A stretch of 64,000 nucleotides of DNA from Bugula neritina (taxonomy: Eukaryota; Animalia; Bryozoa). Position numbers and translations under genes: made by a program. Under the pieces are notes generated by a model. That model saw nothing but the letters and a program-made list of their open reading frames with translations. It had not been told where the DNA came from and searched no databases. Below are positions 28,601-51,665 of this stretch, in pieces; position 1 is the stretch's first letter, and each line of letters opens with the position of its first letter. The DNA lies in NCBI GenBank assembly GCA_964035545.1, contig OZ037770.1:14684642-14748641 (forward strand). Reading direction: 5' to 3'.

Positions 28601-29768
28601 ACCCTATACCATTGCTAATACCCAGAACTCAGCCTTTAATAAATCTTCCCAATTCAGGATATCACACAAGAAGGGAGGTCTTTTACCCCGGCCCTAATAT
28701 TATGACGTCACAGTCCAAGTACCAGATTTGTAGACCTAACGACGTGAGTAAATACACTACTATGCACTACTATACACTAGTATGCGCTACTACGCACTAC
28801 TATGCATTACTATAAACTAATATACACTACTACACACTAATATACACTACTATGCACTAGTATGCTCTACTGCACACTATTATGCACTACTATACACTAG
28901 CTGATATACACTACTATGCACTACTATACACTAGTATGCGCTACTCCGCACTACTATGCATTACTATAAACTAATATACACTACTATGCACTAATATACA
29001 CTACTATGCACTAGTATGCTCTACTGCACACTACTATGCACTACTATACACTACTATACACTACTATGCACTAATATACACTAATATACACTAATATGAC
29101 TATACACTACTATAAGAATATTATGCACCATACCAAACAAATCATTGCATTCGTCTCAAAAAGACCAATACAGTTTCAAAAATAAACTTAAACTTTGTCA
29201 AGCAGCAGAGTTTACATGGCAGCTAATAAAAGAAATATAAAGTATTGAACATAGTTAATTGATATAATATAGGGAGCAGCTTTGGTCTCGTGGTTAGAGA
29301 GATAACTTAGTAAGCAAAGGGCCAATGGCCCAGATTTTAATAAAGACCAAAGATGATGTTGGAAAAGCAGTCAGTCATAATTAGTCCTGTGCCACATTAG
29401 AAAAAGGTCTATAACCCTCTATAAAACCCCTTCCATCAGGGGCTTCTCTTCCATCAGGGGCTTCTCAAAAAGATGTGTCTATAGACCCAAGTGAGGGCAA
29501 CTTTTGACGCAAGGAAGATTTATGTTACCTTCTAGAAGCTTCTAAAAATTATGAGAACGTGATGCTAGAATGTGAACTCTTTGTTCTCCAGGATCGCTCT
29601 TCATGCTTGAGCGGCCGCAGAGTTTGCACGGAGCCCAACGGCTGCTATAAGAAAGAATATTCCAGATACTTCATGGAGAATCTGCCACAGTACATGAAGG
29701 ACAAGATTTCAAAGGAGGAGACCTCACACAGCTCAGTGAGGGGTGTGTGTAAAGTCTACAGTCTTTAA
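25695..29768 (+). CDS. Secreted PSI-like + class-3 lipase, unit 1 (~392 aa; catalytic His replaced by Tyr); exons 25695-25869, 26745-26950, 27239-27430, 27533-27650, 27814-27944, 28564-28743, 29592-29768
   Basis: Signal peptide, CxxC...CQWCP module, SSLAY, VTGHSIGG, YTFGSPRVG, RVTREDDPIP; KEYSRYF at the His site. Confidence 0.9.
25870..26016 (+). repeat. 20-bp tandem repeat (GTAAGTATTCTCTACTTAGA), 7 full copies plus a partial one, starting at the intron 1 donor of lipase unit 1
   Basis: Units start at 25870, 25890 and so on to 26010. Confidence 0.95.
28750..29115. repeat. Degenerate 10-bp minisatellite (CACTACTATR)
   Basis: Long imperfect tandem array at the start of intron 6 of lipase unit 1. 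Confidence 0.9.
29272..29410 (+). mobile_element. SINE-like repeat, family B (diverged copy)
   Basis: GAGCAGC...GTGGTTAGAG...GATGATGTTGGAAAAGCAGTCAGTCATAATTAGTCCTGTGCCACA. Confidence 0.6.
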
Positions 29769-31683
29769 CACAGCTTGTTGAAGGGCATGTGTAATATATT
29801 TACTATGACAACATGTTTTCCTATACTGAATGTAATCTTGTTAGAAAAAAATTCTCTCTTGGGTAATAAAACATAAGAATGTTGTTCTGATATCTTTCAA
29901 CTTTAACTTTTTACAAAATTTGAAAATCACAATTGCACAAACATACATATATACACTACAGTACATAATATAGTATATATACAATGAATATAATATAATA
30001 GATAAAATATAATTAGATACTGCTTTATAATACATTTGGAAAATTAGCAGTTTCCCCGAATAAAACCTGAGCTATTGTTTTACTGTTCTTTATATAGTGA
30101 GAAATGACCATTATCTGACAAATAATAGGTAAGATATTCTTTATACAATTCCCATTATATAAATACTGCTTTCTTGATTTACTAGAAAGGGCAATAAATC
30201 TATGAAATCCAAGTATTTAGAGAAAATGCTTTTGACAACCACAAGTACTTATATGTCTTGCCTTAATTTGAGATTAAATGTATTGCAAAGTTTTTTACCA
30301 ATACCAATAACTCTTTGATATCAACAAATATAATTTTATGTAGAAAATCAATTAATAGTTTTCTGGTAACATTGCTACAATGCATAACAGATCCCAACTT
30401 GAAAAATCGTGCATCATAACCAAATCTGTGACAAAATATTTTTAAATAAATCGTTATACATTATTCTATTGTCTATAACTTTTTATAGCACATATTATTA
30501 ATACTCTAACTAACAAAACAAAAATCCTCATAACCTCTTTGTTCAAAACCTTTTGCATGCAAAACAAAAAGGAAAAATCTAGCTAAGGGTTTACAAGTTT
30601 CGAAAAGACTTAATGGTAGCTCATAGGCATACTCACTTGTAGCAATATTATACTTCATCCTACCATGTGGTTTTGAGGTGAATTTGTGTTGGCAGCCAAC
30701 CAACAACTGGCACATATTATAATTTATTATTGCAAATTTATGTACCCAAATACCCTCATAATATTATAGGTGCAATTTTGTTGCGAATTTATCATAAAAT
30801 TATAATATAAGTTGAAAAATCAGTTTTGACTACCCAACATCCCTATAGAATATTATTCGCTTCCTGCAGTATTAGCAAGGCTGTAGCTCTGCATCATGAC
30901 TTAGCAATAATGACGCAAGGTAAAGCATAAGTTATATATATATATATATATATATAGTTTCTATAATTATATATATATATATAATATAATATATATATAT
31001 ATATATTTAGGCAATGGTTAGGTATAGTAGACTTCATGGAGTGCTGGGATGGCTTTTCAAGCAGTAGAATCTTTTAGAAATGCACTTTTTGTCTTTTTTA
31101 TTTGCCTCATTTTTTACCCAGTATTTTGATGAAAAGTTGGTACGGCTGGGCACCCCCATGCTGTATCACTAATTCACATGTTTAGGATACAGAGGCAATA
31201 CGATCTGAGTTTTGGCTCAGGTTATTTGTGTACTTCCTTCTTCCGCTTGCTTTAGAATTCATCTGCAGATAACATCATAATAAAAAATTGTTTCAGTTGC
31301 TGTGATTCAGAGTGAATGTGGGAGTTGTACAAAGCCATGAATAGACAGCCATCAAACCTAAAAAGGAAGATGCAATTTATTTTATGTAAAGCATCTTTGC
31401 ATTGATTGGTGTTCATTATGAATACTGAACTGTGATTGGATAATATAATAATATAAATACTTTCTTCCTATCTATAGGGTTGCAAACTTCCTTCACCCTT
31501 GTTCAGGTTAGTAATTGCTACAGAAAGTTGTATATTTCAACACAACGTTTCAAGTATATATAAGTTTTCAATTACAATGAGCTACATATATTACTATTAA
31601 ATTGTATTTAGTAATAATTATTTTATTTGAATAAATTTCTTGTTTTAGTGTATAATTAGCTGAGAATAAGGAAACATCTGGCA

Positions 31684-34600
31684 ATGCATATCAGAGTAGC
31701 GTTTCTATTGACTGCTCTGTGTGGCTTGACTCTGGCATGTATCGAACACAAAGACTGCAAAACATGTGTTCAGAACTCGAGGAAAGTTCTGTGGTCAACG
31801 CAAAGATGTCAGTGGTGTCCACTGACTAACACCTGTCACACCAAAGGGTCCAGTAAGTGTACTTTAATGGTTTGCTAATGTGTGAGACGCTGTTTGATAT
31901 CTCCATGCAAGAACAATTATCAATTCTAAACAACACAGTGTTTTCTTTACTCTTTATTTTATATTATATTATGTTGGAGAACGAAAATGTCAAAAACAGT
32001 TTCAAATATTTCAACACTAAGCAATTTTCCAGTTATACATGCTTTCTTCTCATGACAGAGACTTAATTACCAATTTCTGATCGCATATCTCTATGAGACT
32101 TGATATTTAGTAAACTCTGAGTTAGTCAAGTGGTACAAAAATTTTTGCTGACAAAAACTTTTAAAATTGAGATGTATAATGTTATCTTATATATTCATTG
32201 ATTACATTCCTATAGCTGAATGTAATCTGAATGTAATATAATGCCATATGATATTATATTATATAGCATTATATTATATCTTACCACTATTTCCATAAGT
32301 ATTATTGTTAACATGTTTTTCTGTATTATAAACTTAAAGTCTATTTGTTCTGATTAGTCACTTTTACACTGATACAAATAGAAACCTGTAGCGTAAATAA
32401 TAATTTGGATAGAAACCAATAAAAACTATATGATTTAACTGAGCTAATTTGTCAATACTTATCAAATTTGACTTGAAGCTTTTGGAGGCTTTATGATAAC
32501 AGTACTATAAAGTTGTTAAATATGACACTTTATGCAATATAGCTCCTCTGGTCGATATAGAAGACACAGTGAGATATTTCCTCATAGACAGGTGTATAGC
32601 TCTGTAAACTAGCCATAGCAAGCACAATAAAAATATTACAACTGCAATAAATTTCAGTTTTTAATGATTGTGACGGAAATCAGATCATCAAATCAGAATC
32701 CCAGTGTCGTAGTATAGCTGACCCTCCCATGAAATACGACAGCAAACTAGCAGAAGAACTTGCCAGGTGGTCATCTTTAGCTTACGTAGATCCCAAATCA
32801 TATGACAAGTCATCTATCCAATCAACAGTCTTCTCACAATTCAATGGCAGATATCAGGTATACAACCAGTTTCTTCTACATCATTTATAGTGTCATGGTG
32901 TAATGGTCAGCTGCGTGGCAAGCAGCTGTTTGCAAACCGGAGGTCTCAGGTTCGAGTCCCAGTTGCGGCAAAAGTTTTTATACGCTCCTCTTATTTCTTC
33001 TATAAGTTAGTTGTTACATTGTAATCAAAAGCATATTATAAAGCTATTAATATCAATTGTAAGCTTTTCACTCTTATTTTCAGTAAGGCTGATTGTATAA
33101 TACTGCTACTTCGCACCTTGCGACACATCCTAAACATATCATGACATATAAATTTTCTAAGTTTGTACAATTATAGATTGTAGAGTTTCTAACAGTAGAC
33201 TGTGATTGGATCTTAGAGTTTGACTTCTGTTCAGCAGTGATAGCCAAGTCTCTGGCTGATGACAGAATCATCGTAGCTTTTGAGGGAACCTCTTCACCAG
33301 CCCAAATAGCTGAGCAGTTTTTGTTATACTTTTTTGGTCAAGAAAATTTTGAGCCAACTGGTGGAAAGGTCAGTTTTTATTTAAACTTTTCAAATAGAAT
33401 AATATTCTATAACTCTTGAAATACTGACTGTTTTTATTGCATCGTCTTTGACTGAAGGTATTGCAATATAACAAGAAAACATATGATTCCCTCTATCCCT
33501 GTGTCAAAACTTTACTTCAAGAACTTCTAACGGCAATGCCCACAGCAGAAGTTATGGTTACTGGACATTCCTTAGGTTAGACAACAAGTTTTCCAAATTC
33601 TTAGGTCTTAAAATTATCATTCTGTAAGAATTTATTCTTTCATTCATGAGTTTGTATAATTTTAGATAGCCCACAAAACACACACTCAACTTTATAAAAA
33701 ATATTTGTGCTCCTTTATCATTGATTATGTTTCCTTTAGGAGGAGCTCAAGCACAGCTAGCTGCAGCTCACCTGGTAAGAGATGGAGTTGTCTCCTCGGA
33801 TAAGCTGCATGTCTACACCTTTGGTTCTCCCAGAGTGGGGGATAAAGACTTTGCATATGGATATGATAGGGTAAGCTGAGAGTTTTATAAACTAAAGTAA
33901 TATATACAAGTGTCAAATGTGTGAGTATAGTGACATAAATTCAAGTGTTAAACTGAAAAGATCATTCTGTGAGGGAAATGTGGTAAAGAAGGAAAAAGTG
34001 GAGAAGTTTGGGTAGAATAGAATAATAAGTGTTTAATGCAATACAAGGAAGTATCAGGATGTACAAAAGTTTAGAATAAACAATTACTTTGCAATTTCAT
34101 GCTTGGCAGTTTCTATTCAAGCTGATTTGGTATTCCAATAATATGGTATTTGTTCCATTGATACAAAACTTCTGAACTGCAATATCTAACCTTTTGTTAA
34201 GAGGTTTTGAATACTATGAAGTGCCTAATATTGTAAATGTATTCTTATTCAGTCAGTTTTTATTTTAAGTACATTTCAACTCTAAAGACATTCTTTTGAA
34301 TATTTAAAAAGTCTATATACTAACAACATTTCTAGCCTACTAAACTCTGTTCTTTTGCTTGAAAGCTGAATAAGGAAAACAACTGCATCTTGATCTTGAT
34401 CTTGATTGGGTTAAGTACAAGACTTCTTGGAAAGAGTAATTGTGGGACCGCTAGATCTGTTTAGGCTCAGAAACCTCTAAATGTCATAAGCTGCATGATG
34501 ATGCTTCACATGAATATCAAGATGTAATTAATTATTAAAACAAAAAACTGTTTACTAGTTGCTAGGTAACAGTTGGAGAGTGACCAGGAAAGATGACCCT

Positions 34601-35693
34601 ATACCATTGATAATACCAAAAAGTGGTAACACCATCAGTATTCCCAATTTCTGTTATCATACCAGAAGAGAAGTGTACTACAGTGGATCTGGTATTATGA
34701 CATCCGCAACTGCTCACAAGATATGCATGTCCAACGAGGTTAATGTTATTCAATAATAAAAATGGTTATTTTTAAAAGTATGAATAAATGTAGCTGTGTT
34801 TACATTGTCTATTTAAGAAGCAACAAGAAATGTTTCAAAAGGTCAAGGTCAAGTATATATTTTATTCAATGTGAAGCTCAAAGTTACTTATCAGCTATCA
34901 AATCAGCTAAATATAGTCAAGCTATAAATTTAACTCATGTGGCGATAGTTTTATTTGGATTGTATTGGCAAACTTGATACGTTATTCACTTTTCTTGTAA
35001 TAAAGAAAAGCGCCTCAATAAACCCAAAACCTAAAGCTTACACCTTTAGTAACTGAACTATGAAATTTTTATTAGAAAATTTAATCTTGCTTTATTTATT
35101 TTAATTGTTTTTGTTACAATGTAAGTAGCATTAGTGAACGGCGTAACTTTAAGTTGTTCCTGGGAGTAATAACTAGCTAGCTAGTTTGAAATTAATGCAC
35201 AAAATTACTGTATTTTCTAATATATATAATAACATGCTTATATCATAATGCATTACATTTATGTTATGCTATATTATAATATATTGTAATATACTGTATA
35301 AGTTAATTTAGAAATTACTATTATTAAAAGCTTCTGAAGCTAAAAGCCTAAGTTTTACTTCCAAAACTTTTTAAAATTTAGGTCGCAAAGATGCAAACTG
35401 TATATAAACAAGTAATAGTATTTCTAATTTTAATCCTAATTAATAGTTTTAGACTTGTAGATATACATTAACTTATTGCTATTGACCGGTTAAGGAGTTT
35501 TCTTCTCATAATAAAGGATGAAGCTGGATGTTCAGAAGATGCCGGGATTTGTCTTTCCACAAAATGCTTGACTGAAGAACACCAGAAATACTTTGCACAG
35601 GATTTGCCGCAAATGATGAAAGATAGGGCAAAAAGGGGCACCACCTCACATGATGGAATGAGGGAGAATTGCAGGGTCTATAGCTTCAACTGA
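31684..35693 (+). CDS. Secreted PSI-like + class-3 lipase, unit 2 (intact Ser-Asp-His); exons 31684-31852, 32658-32857, 33177-33368, 33458-33575, 33740-33870, 34559-34738, 35517-35693
   Basis: Signal peptide, CQWCP, VAFEGT, GHSLGG, YTFGSPRVG, KDDPIP, EEHQKYF. Confidence 0.92.
32890..32975 (+). mobile_element. tRNA-derived SINE-like repeat, family A
   Basis: TGGTGTAATGG...TTGCAAACCGGAGGTCTCAGGTTCGAGTCCCAGTTGCGGCAAAA. Confidence 0.7.
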
Positions 35694-36700
35694 TGTTAAT
35701 CAAATAGAAATTATACATTCCAAACATTCATCAGGCCTAAGCAAGTTTCTGTCATAAAATAAATATTATGCTTTGACACACAATTATTGCATAACACTAT
35801 AGTATTTGCTACGTGTGGCAACAGGCTAAATACTAATCATCACATTTTGTTTGGATTACATAATTTATTTTGTGTAAAGTTTACCCACAATGCACTGTAA
35901 CTCATTTTGAAAATCTTTCTTTATAAAGGCTAATAATAAAATAAATGATTTTCCAAGAGTGAAAATGAGATTCTATAATTATAATATGAATTATAAATTA
36001 TATATTTTTTATATAATATTTTAATATATGTAATATTTTATATAATAATTTTACAAGAGTGAAAATGAGATTCTATCACTATATGAATAATAAAATATAT
36101 ATTTATTTTATATAATATTATTCAGATTAGTTGCTTAAGGCAAATCATTGTGTGAATAAACATAGACTACTTAATAAAGAGATAGGTGAACTCTAAATAA
36201 TCCAATTACATTATATATTATCTAACCATGGCACATTTTCATTGGCTGCAGAAGTTTTGTACCGTGTTTATGCCAAGGACTGAAGTACAATCTGATATAA
36301 ATAGTGTTTAATTCCAGTAAACTGCACACACTTTGTTCTGTTTTCAGGTGAGATGCAGTCTAATAGATTTTAATATATAAATTATTATAATTTTTTGGAG
36401 TTTTTTACAATTCATCTAAAATAATATAATTTTTTAATTGCTATAAGCATTTATTCTCGAAATAGTTTTACCACATTTCTTGCTTCAACAAAGTCTGTTA
36501 ACCAACTAAATATATAACTAACAGACTGTGTGTCATACATAGGGTATAACATACTAATTGTGCTTATTATATTACGTTATAGAATTTACTATTATTTATC
36601 TAATGTGTTAGTATATATATATTCACTACGTGTTATATCGTAGATTGTAGAAGAAGCGTTATACATAACCAATCTTTAAACCTGTGAAGGGTCTATAAGG

Positions 36701-40996
<4,296 letters not shown>

Positions 40997-41765
40997 CTGT
41001 CACATAAATTCAAATCAAATACTTGTCATTGAACTACTTGAAAGGTCAGCGGAAATGCACCGAAAACTTCATTTCGTCAGCATTTTTTCCTACTTGTTTG
41101 TTTTGTCCTCATTTATTCATGTTGAGTAAAAATAATTTTCAGTTTTAAAAATTGAATACGCAATATTATATTATTGTATACATATTAGTTATGATGAGAA
41201 ATAAAATTATGTAATGCTATGCATATGCCTGTAGCTTTATCTATCTATAAACAACAAGATGCCTAATATTTGAAAAAAATATATTTTTTGTGTTTGAAAT
41301 GTTATAAACTTAAGTTTAATTACACAAAATCATGATTGGAAATTTTATCCACTGCATGATATTTTTCTTAATTCTATAACATCTAAATTCAATTAGTCAA
41401 CTTTTGATTTTATCAAGTTGTTAGTTTGGAGTTAATATCTTTTCTGGTTATAATAATGAAGTGCAAGACTAATGAGGTAAATATACATTAGTTTGTACAA
41501 TAGAGGTTATTGTATATCATGGTATACATACTGATTATATTACCTATGATAGAAAATTACCCACATGCAAAAATGGCTTTTACAGGCACAAGATGTTGAA
41601 GCTGCTTTGACAGGAAAAAAGCAAATATTTGAAAATCGAAGTAGCTTTAAAGACATGCAATGATTTTTTAAATAGATATTATGTTGAGCCTCTTCTAGTG
41701 ACGTGTAAAACCTTTTTTCACTTTGACTCTATATGTTTTGCACATGCATGCATATGCATTTAAGT

Positions 41766-41995
41766 GTGCATGGTGTACCTGGTGTGCCTGGTGTGCCTGG
41801 TGTGCCTGGTGTGCCTGGTGTACCTGGTGTGCCTGGGGTTCATGGTGTGCCTGGTGTGCCTGGTGTGCCTGGTGTGCCTGGTGTGCCTGGTGTGCCTGGT
41901 GTACCTGGTGTGCCTGGGGTTCATGGTGTGCCTGGTGTGCCTGGTGTGCCTGGTGTGCCTGGTGTGCCTGGTGTGCCTGGTGTTCATGGTATTCT
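41766..41995. repeat. 9-bp minisatellite (GGTGTGCCT)n with an 81-bp higher-order repeat, between units 3 and 4
   Basis: The variant block GGTGTACCT-GGTGTGCCT-GGGGTTCAT recurs at 81-bp spacing. Confidence 0.95.
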
Positions 41996-42342
41996 TGTTG
42001 CATCTTTTGAACTATTCTATTATGTGGCTCTTTTGTAATGTTGTTCATTGCAGAAAAGCTTATAGAGGTATTAAATGGTATTAAAGAAAAATACCAGTTC
42101 TGATTTCAAGTATAAGAACTCTATTGACAAACTTTCAAAGGCATAACTTAAGGATTTAGAAGTAAATCTGAGATGAAAACCGATTTATATAAACCAAGCT
42201 ATAACACGGCTTTCAATTAACTTCTTTCAGTTATTGTCTTCAGAAAAGAAACACATAACATTAATCTTTAAAATTACACTGGAAATACAAACATAAATTT
42301 TAGACAAACTTTGAACATTTAAGTTTTCAACTTGGTTTAAAG

Positions 42343-43492
42343 ATGTTTGCCAGAGAGGTAGTAGTTGTGCTGTCGGTTCTTTCTGCTGCCTTGGGTTGTG
42401 TTCACTTCAAGGATTGCGAGTCTTGTGCTGGGAGTGAACATAAGATTCGCTTTTCAATGAAGGGTTGTGAATGGTGTCCGTTAACTCTGAAATGTAGAAC
42501 TAAAGGATCCGGTAAGTTGATACTGACCTGATTGAGTTGCTACATGCATTATTAACTGGCAGATGCTATATTCTATGCTATACCATGCTATGCTGAACTA
42601 TATGCTATACTATGCTAATCCATATGCTATGCTAAACTACATGCTATGCTATAAACTATGTTATTGCTATGCTTATAAACCATATGCTTTAATTTAACAC
42701 ACCATGGTATGTTACACCAATCCAATTGACTATATTATAATATCATAAAGTTTGCAATGTATGTAAATTAGATAAAAGTCAGAAAATATTATGCTTCTTT
42801 TTTATTATAGTTTTTGCAGTATCTCCTTTAGTTTGAGACAATTTTAGTAGACTATTTATGAAGGTATCAGTCGAGTATTTATTGCATATTCTCTTTTGTG
42901 AAAAATTTCAGTAGCAACTCAAGTTTAAGCTGGTCTGAAATATTGTTCTTTACTTTAGCGTTTGCAAACCATTGTGACAGTGAACTGTCAGTCGGGGCAG
43001 CCGATCTATGTGGGTGGATTGAGGAACCCCGTATGAAGTATGATAGTCAGCTGGCAGAGGAACTGGCCAAGTGGTCATCATTAGCTTATGTGGATCCCAG
43101 AAATCACAACAAATCTTCCATCCAATCAGCCGTTGATGCCCAATTCAATAACAGCTACCAGGTGAGAGATTAAAAAAATTTTCTGAATACAAATTGGTCG
43201 TTAAGTAATAAACATATGTTATATAGTTCATTACTGGTTTGAATATGAAGTACTAAAATGTTGTTGTCTTTTGTAGTTAGTAGAATTTATAATGGCAGAT
43301 TGCGATTGGGCAGGAGATGAAAACTATTGTACAGCTGTGGTAGCCAAATCTGAATCCCAAAATAGAATTGTTGTGGCATTGAAAGGAACATTTTCTTCAT
43401 ACCAAAATCATGGGAAGGACAACAGAACTTATTATACCAACATGACAACTTTCTCACCTACTGGAGGAAAAGTAAGCTACTCAATGTCCACA

Positions 43493-43584
<92 letters not shown>

Positions 43585-45300
43585 AGTTCACAGAGTGCAC
43601 GAGGGTGGCCATATGAGTGCTTCATTCTTCTTAGTAGTGATAGCTTAAAGAAACAGTTTTTTAAGCTTACATTGTACATGAATGCACAGACAACAGAAAT
43701 TATAGTGCACTGTTGATATCTTTTCAGATATTGCTGTATAGAAAAGCAGCCCATGATGCCCTCTATCCCTGTGTCAAATCATTACTTACAGAGTTGACAA
43801 CAACTATGCCCACAGCAGAGGTTATGGTTACTGGACATTCCTTCGGTTAGATGTCACATTCCTTTAGGCTACCAGTTATTTTAAAATCTTTTGATGCTTA
43901 ATAGCAAAACTGAACTGAAAAATATAAGAGCCAAATAAAATTATACAAATATGCTGTTTAGACAAAAGTTAATGAAGAAGTAGTGTTAGAGAAATAGCTG
44001 GATGCAGCACAAAGCTTGGGGTCAAGTAGTTTGAGGAATGCCTGGAGCTTAAACTGTAAACAAAAACTGCACTCAGTAACCTTAAACTTTGTGCTACATC
44101 TAGCAATCTAGTGTTCTAGATTAAAATTGTAATACATTTTGAAGGAGGTGCTCAAGCTCAGTTGATGGCTGCTCACATGATAACGAATGACGTGGCCTCA
44201 AGACGTAATGTACACATATACACTTTTGGCTCTCCTAGAGTTGGGAATAAAGGATTTGCATACAGCTATGACCGAGTTAGTGTTATAATCAGCATTCTAA
44301 TAATAATTATTGTTATGAGCTGTAATTTGTATTTACCAGTTGATTAAGATTCTTATACTATGCTATGAAACTAGAATTAATACGATTTGTATTTGATGGC
44401 TAAGAATCATTTGAATTATTTGAAGGTCAGAAAAAGCTATATACTAGCATATAATAATTGGAAAGCAATCATAGAAAGTTTGAATTTAAACATATTATCT
44501 CTATTTACTAGATGGTAGATAACAGCTGGAGAGTCACCAGAAGAAATGATTTCATGGCATTAGGTGGGGCTAGAGATACGTTCCCCTTCTGCTTCCACAC
44601 CCGTAGAGAAGTCTACTATGATTACCCTGGGGTCATGAACTCCACAACTGACTACAAGATTTGTGATTCTAATGAAGTCAGTATAATTATGTGCATGTAT
44701 AAAAAAATTATCATGAATTTAATGAATTAATTCAAACTAGCTTTGCTTAGTATACATATCTTTGGAAATATGATATTCATAAACCCAAATTTTGTTGAAT
44801 GCGGCTGCTTTCATAGATGAACTTAAAAATATCAATATATTATTTTAATATTATTGTCACACTCCCAATTATAGTAAACCTATCTTGAAGCTCTTTGTGT
44901 GATATTTTGCATACGAAATATTTACAATATTTAATTTTTTCATTGGAAACTTAATGACAAATAAACAGGTCACAAAGCACATTACTTCAAAAACTTGTTT
45001 ATATGTAAATTTATATACAATAGATAACATGATTGAATGAAATAAAGCAAAAGTAAAAATTAGCTTTCCTTGCTGTACTAACATACAAAAATACAATTAG
45101 CCAACTTTTGTATTTTTCAGGGTGAAGAGGGATGCTTAGAAGACAGAGTGGACATGGAGCGAGGTATCATTGCTGGAAATCTATACAGATACTTTGTACC
45201 AAATATTTCTGAGTATATGAAGAACTTTTTGGAAGCTGGGAATAACACACTAACAGAGAAGAGAGCGACTTGCCAAACCATGTCCTTTCAGAGCATCTAA
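42343..45300 (+). CDS. Secreted PSI-like + class-3 lipase-like, unit 4 (catalytic His absent); exons 42343-42511, 42959-43161, 43277-43471, 43728-43845, 44145-44275, 44512-44676, 45121-45300
   Basis: Signal peptide, CEWCP, GHSFGG, YTFGSPRVG, RNDFM; GNLYRYF at the His site. Confidence 0.9.
43497..43583. repeat. (CT)n microsatellite
   Basis: Pure CT run. Confidence 0.98.
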
Positions 45301-45941
45301 AGAATGTTCTACTCTGACAGTGTGAAAACTATAAGCTAAATATGACACTGTTTATATAGGTTGTGTGTACATTAACCAGTAGTAGACACTGTATTTGGTA
45401 TTTTATTGTTGGATGTTCGTAATTAGTTGATATTTTATTTGCAGCTGCTACGACGTAAGTTTGTTGATCTGATATAACATTCTCTGTAATAATTTTACAG
45501 ATTTCATTTGCAAGATTTCAGCTGTGCTAAATTTTGAGTTCAATGAAATAAAAGCTATTATGAAAAGTACTTATTGCTAAAATGAAATATATATACTACT
45601 ACAAAGCTTTGTATAGTAAACTGCACTCTTTAGGTACAATTATATATAAGAGAATGACAGACCAACTGGAAAATATGGGAATTATATCTAAAGAAGTTGG
45701 TTAATTATATATAGACAAAAAAGAACAATAATATTATAAAGATAAACCTTCAGTAATAATTTCAAATACTTCAAATATTGTAAAACAAACAATATTAAAA
45801 ATAAATTCTGCAGCATTTATAAATCTATTTATAATAAATTATTTTTCAGAATGTAGATGTTTTACAGTAAATCATGTTGAAAAATTTCAAATATTAAATG
45901 CTATGCAATGCAGCCTACTGGATGGTATGCCAATATTTTTG

Positions 45942-45982
<41 letters not shown>

Positions 45983-46400
45983 ACTGCAGTACATATTGTA
46001 CTGTACATATTATTCCTGTTAGGCCCAGTGCAGCATATATTATTAAATAAAACCAGATAAAAGCTAAGAAGTTGAATAGAAATAGCCGCTTAACTAATCT
46101 ACCATCTCACAACAATGACAAACTATAAGTAGCTTCGTGTTTCTATTAACAAACTATTGACAACCAAAGGCATTATCTGTTACACATAAGCTGATTCTGA
46201 ACGTTTCAACAGCTCAGACTCGGGGATAAAACAGTCTTAATAAAAGTATAAGAGTTGAACATTTTAACAACTATTATTATCACCAAGGTCTAATCAGAAA
46301 TAAGAAAGCAGCGATAGCTAGTGATTTGCATTAGAATAGTTTATTTGGGTTTTAGTTAGCCGATTGAGTCAGTGAATTCTAGCTAAAACAGTCTCTTAAG

Positions 46401-51322
<4,922 letters not shown>

Positions 51323-51389
51323 GCAAAACCTGTGGCAATCTGTTATAAGTATGCTTTAGCTTTGGTAATTCTAAATGAATGACAATTAT

Positions 51390-51390
<1 letters not shown>

Positions 51391-51463
<73 letters not shown>

Positions 51464-51618
51464 AGAGAGGGAGAGAGGGAGAGAGGGAGAGAGGGAGAGA
51501 GGGAGAGAGGGAGAGAGGGAGAGAGGGAGAGAGGGAGAGAGGGAGAGAGGGAGAGAGGGAGAGAGGGAGAGAGGGAGAGAGGGAGAGAGGGAGAGAGGGA
51601 GAGAGGGAGAGGGGGAGA
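51391..51618. repeat. (AG)n followed by (GGAGAGAG)n polypurine tract
   Basis: Visible compound repeat in the gap between units 5 and 6. Confidence 0.97.
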
Positions 51619-51665
51619 TGCAATATATAGCTACTATATATACCATACATCAACTTTACTTTTAG

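Noticed and set aside
32890-32975. Functional tRNA gene
   Set aside because: No convincing cloverleaf or acceptor stem, and several degenerate dispersed copies indicate a SINE-like repeat
41695-42084. Collagen-like GVP or His-rich HQA protein
   Set aside because: A stop-free 9-mer opens five overlapping frames; there is no signal peptide or supporting exon, and the codons are identical
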